Part shown: in pieces, positions 37,619-37,962 of the stretch
Layout of the letters: every line of letters begins with the position of its first letter
Position numbering within the stretch: the stretch's first letter is position 1
Notes under the pieces: model-generated
Databases searched by the model: none
Seen by the model: only the letters and a program-made list of their open reading frames with translations
What the model was told of the DNA's origin: nothing
Position numbers and translations under genes: made by a program
NCBI GenBank assembly: GCA_964511045.1
Contig: CAZEDJ010000002.1
Coordinates: forward strand, 1 to 37,962
DNA length: 37,962 nucleotides
From: an uncultured bacterium
Lineage (GTDB): Bacteria > Aquificota > Aquificia > Desulfurobacteriales > Desulfurobacteriaceae
Reading direction: 5' to 3'

Positions 37619-37962
37619 TTACCTGTAAGAGGGGTTCTTGCTGTGAACCATCTTCCAGTGGAACAGCTTGTACCTAAAGAGGGCATCCGGGCCGTGACAG
37701 TCCACGCAGATACTTCCCTTTAAGTCCTTATTTCTGAGGAAGCTGTTGAGTGCATTGCCTTCAACCGGCTTCATTGGTGACCTGTCTTCCCACTTGCTCC
37801 AAACGTGGGGGTCGTGGCACGTTTCACAGGCAATCTCCCCACCCACGTGTACTTCCTTGCCGTCCTTTGTAAATATAGGCCAGTCGCCTTCCCTTCCGGG
37901 TCTATCAAAGTTTCTAACCACTACGTCCTTCTTCGGATGGTAGTAGTACTTAACGGTCTTGT
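37619..37962 (-). CDS. Multiheme cytochrome c, C-terminal fragment (5' part lies outside the window)
   Basis: IACETCHDPH and SICVDCH (paired CXXCH pattern). The frame stays open to the window end (KTVKYYYHPKKDVVVRN...). Confidence 0.88.
   Translation of the reverse strand, partial: KTVKYYYHPKKDVVVRNFDRPGREGDWPIFTKDGKEVHVGGEIACETCHDPHVWSKWEDRSPMKPVEGNALNSFLRNKDLKGSICVDCHGPDALFRYKLFHWKMVHSKNPSYR

Noticed and set aside
37468-37677. 69-aa plus-strand ORF after murB
   Set aside because: It overlaps the cytochrome gene in antisense. The minus-strand 49-aa ORF has a stronger RBS, a TM helix and an operon fit.
1-37962. tRNA (including selC), rRNA, CRISPR array or riboswitch
   Set aside because: All intergenic gaps are under about 90 nt, and none shows a cloverleaf, repeat-spacer periodicity or leader structure.

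Overview
A 38 kb, gene-dense chromosomal segment, mostly housekeeping. Gene content, Lys/Glu-rich proteins and AGG/AGA codon use suggest a thermophilic diderm, probably Aquificota (Desulfurobacteriaceae-like); this is an inference. From left to right it holds: an RND efflux pair (MFP, 5'-truncated, plus permease); a 3-gene secreted coiled-coil/LysM cluster; an AT-rich cassette of TonB-dependent receptor, periplasmic binding-like protein and membrane GGEEF diguanylate cyclase; selA; a complete 14-subunit complex I operon (nuoA-N) with an extra stand-alone cyclic-nucleotide-binding-domain gene coupled between nuoG and nuoH; fumarase beta subunit; Bax-like glucosaminidase and polysaccharide deacetylase; a selenocysteine peroxiredoxin (in-frame UGA at the peroxidatic site plus a SECIS hairpin, truncated in the ORF track); an RluA-family gene; CPBP protease-lspA-dnaG-rpoD; purS-purQ-kdsB-pyrG-murB; an unannotated 49-aa membrane ORF; and the 3' end of a multiheme cytochrome c. 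I saw no rRNA, tRNA, CRISPR array or transposase. The best candidates for new biology are the ligand-sensing domain embedded in the nuo operon and the receptor/binding protein/cyclase trans-envelope signalling cassette. The most secure hidden feature is the recoded selenoperoxiredoxin.
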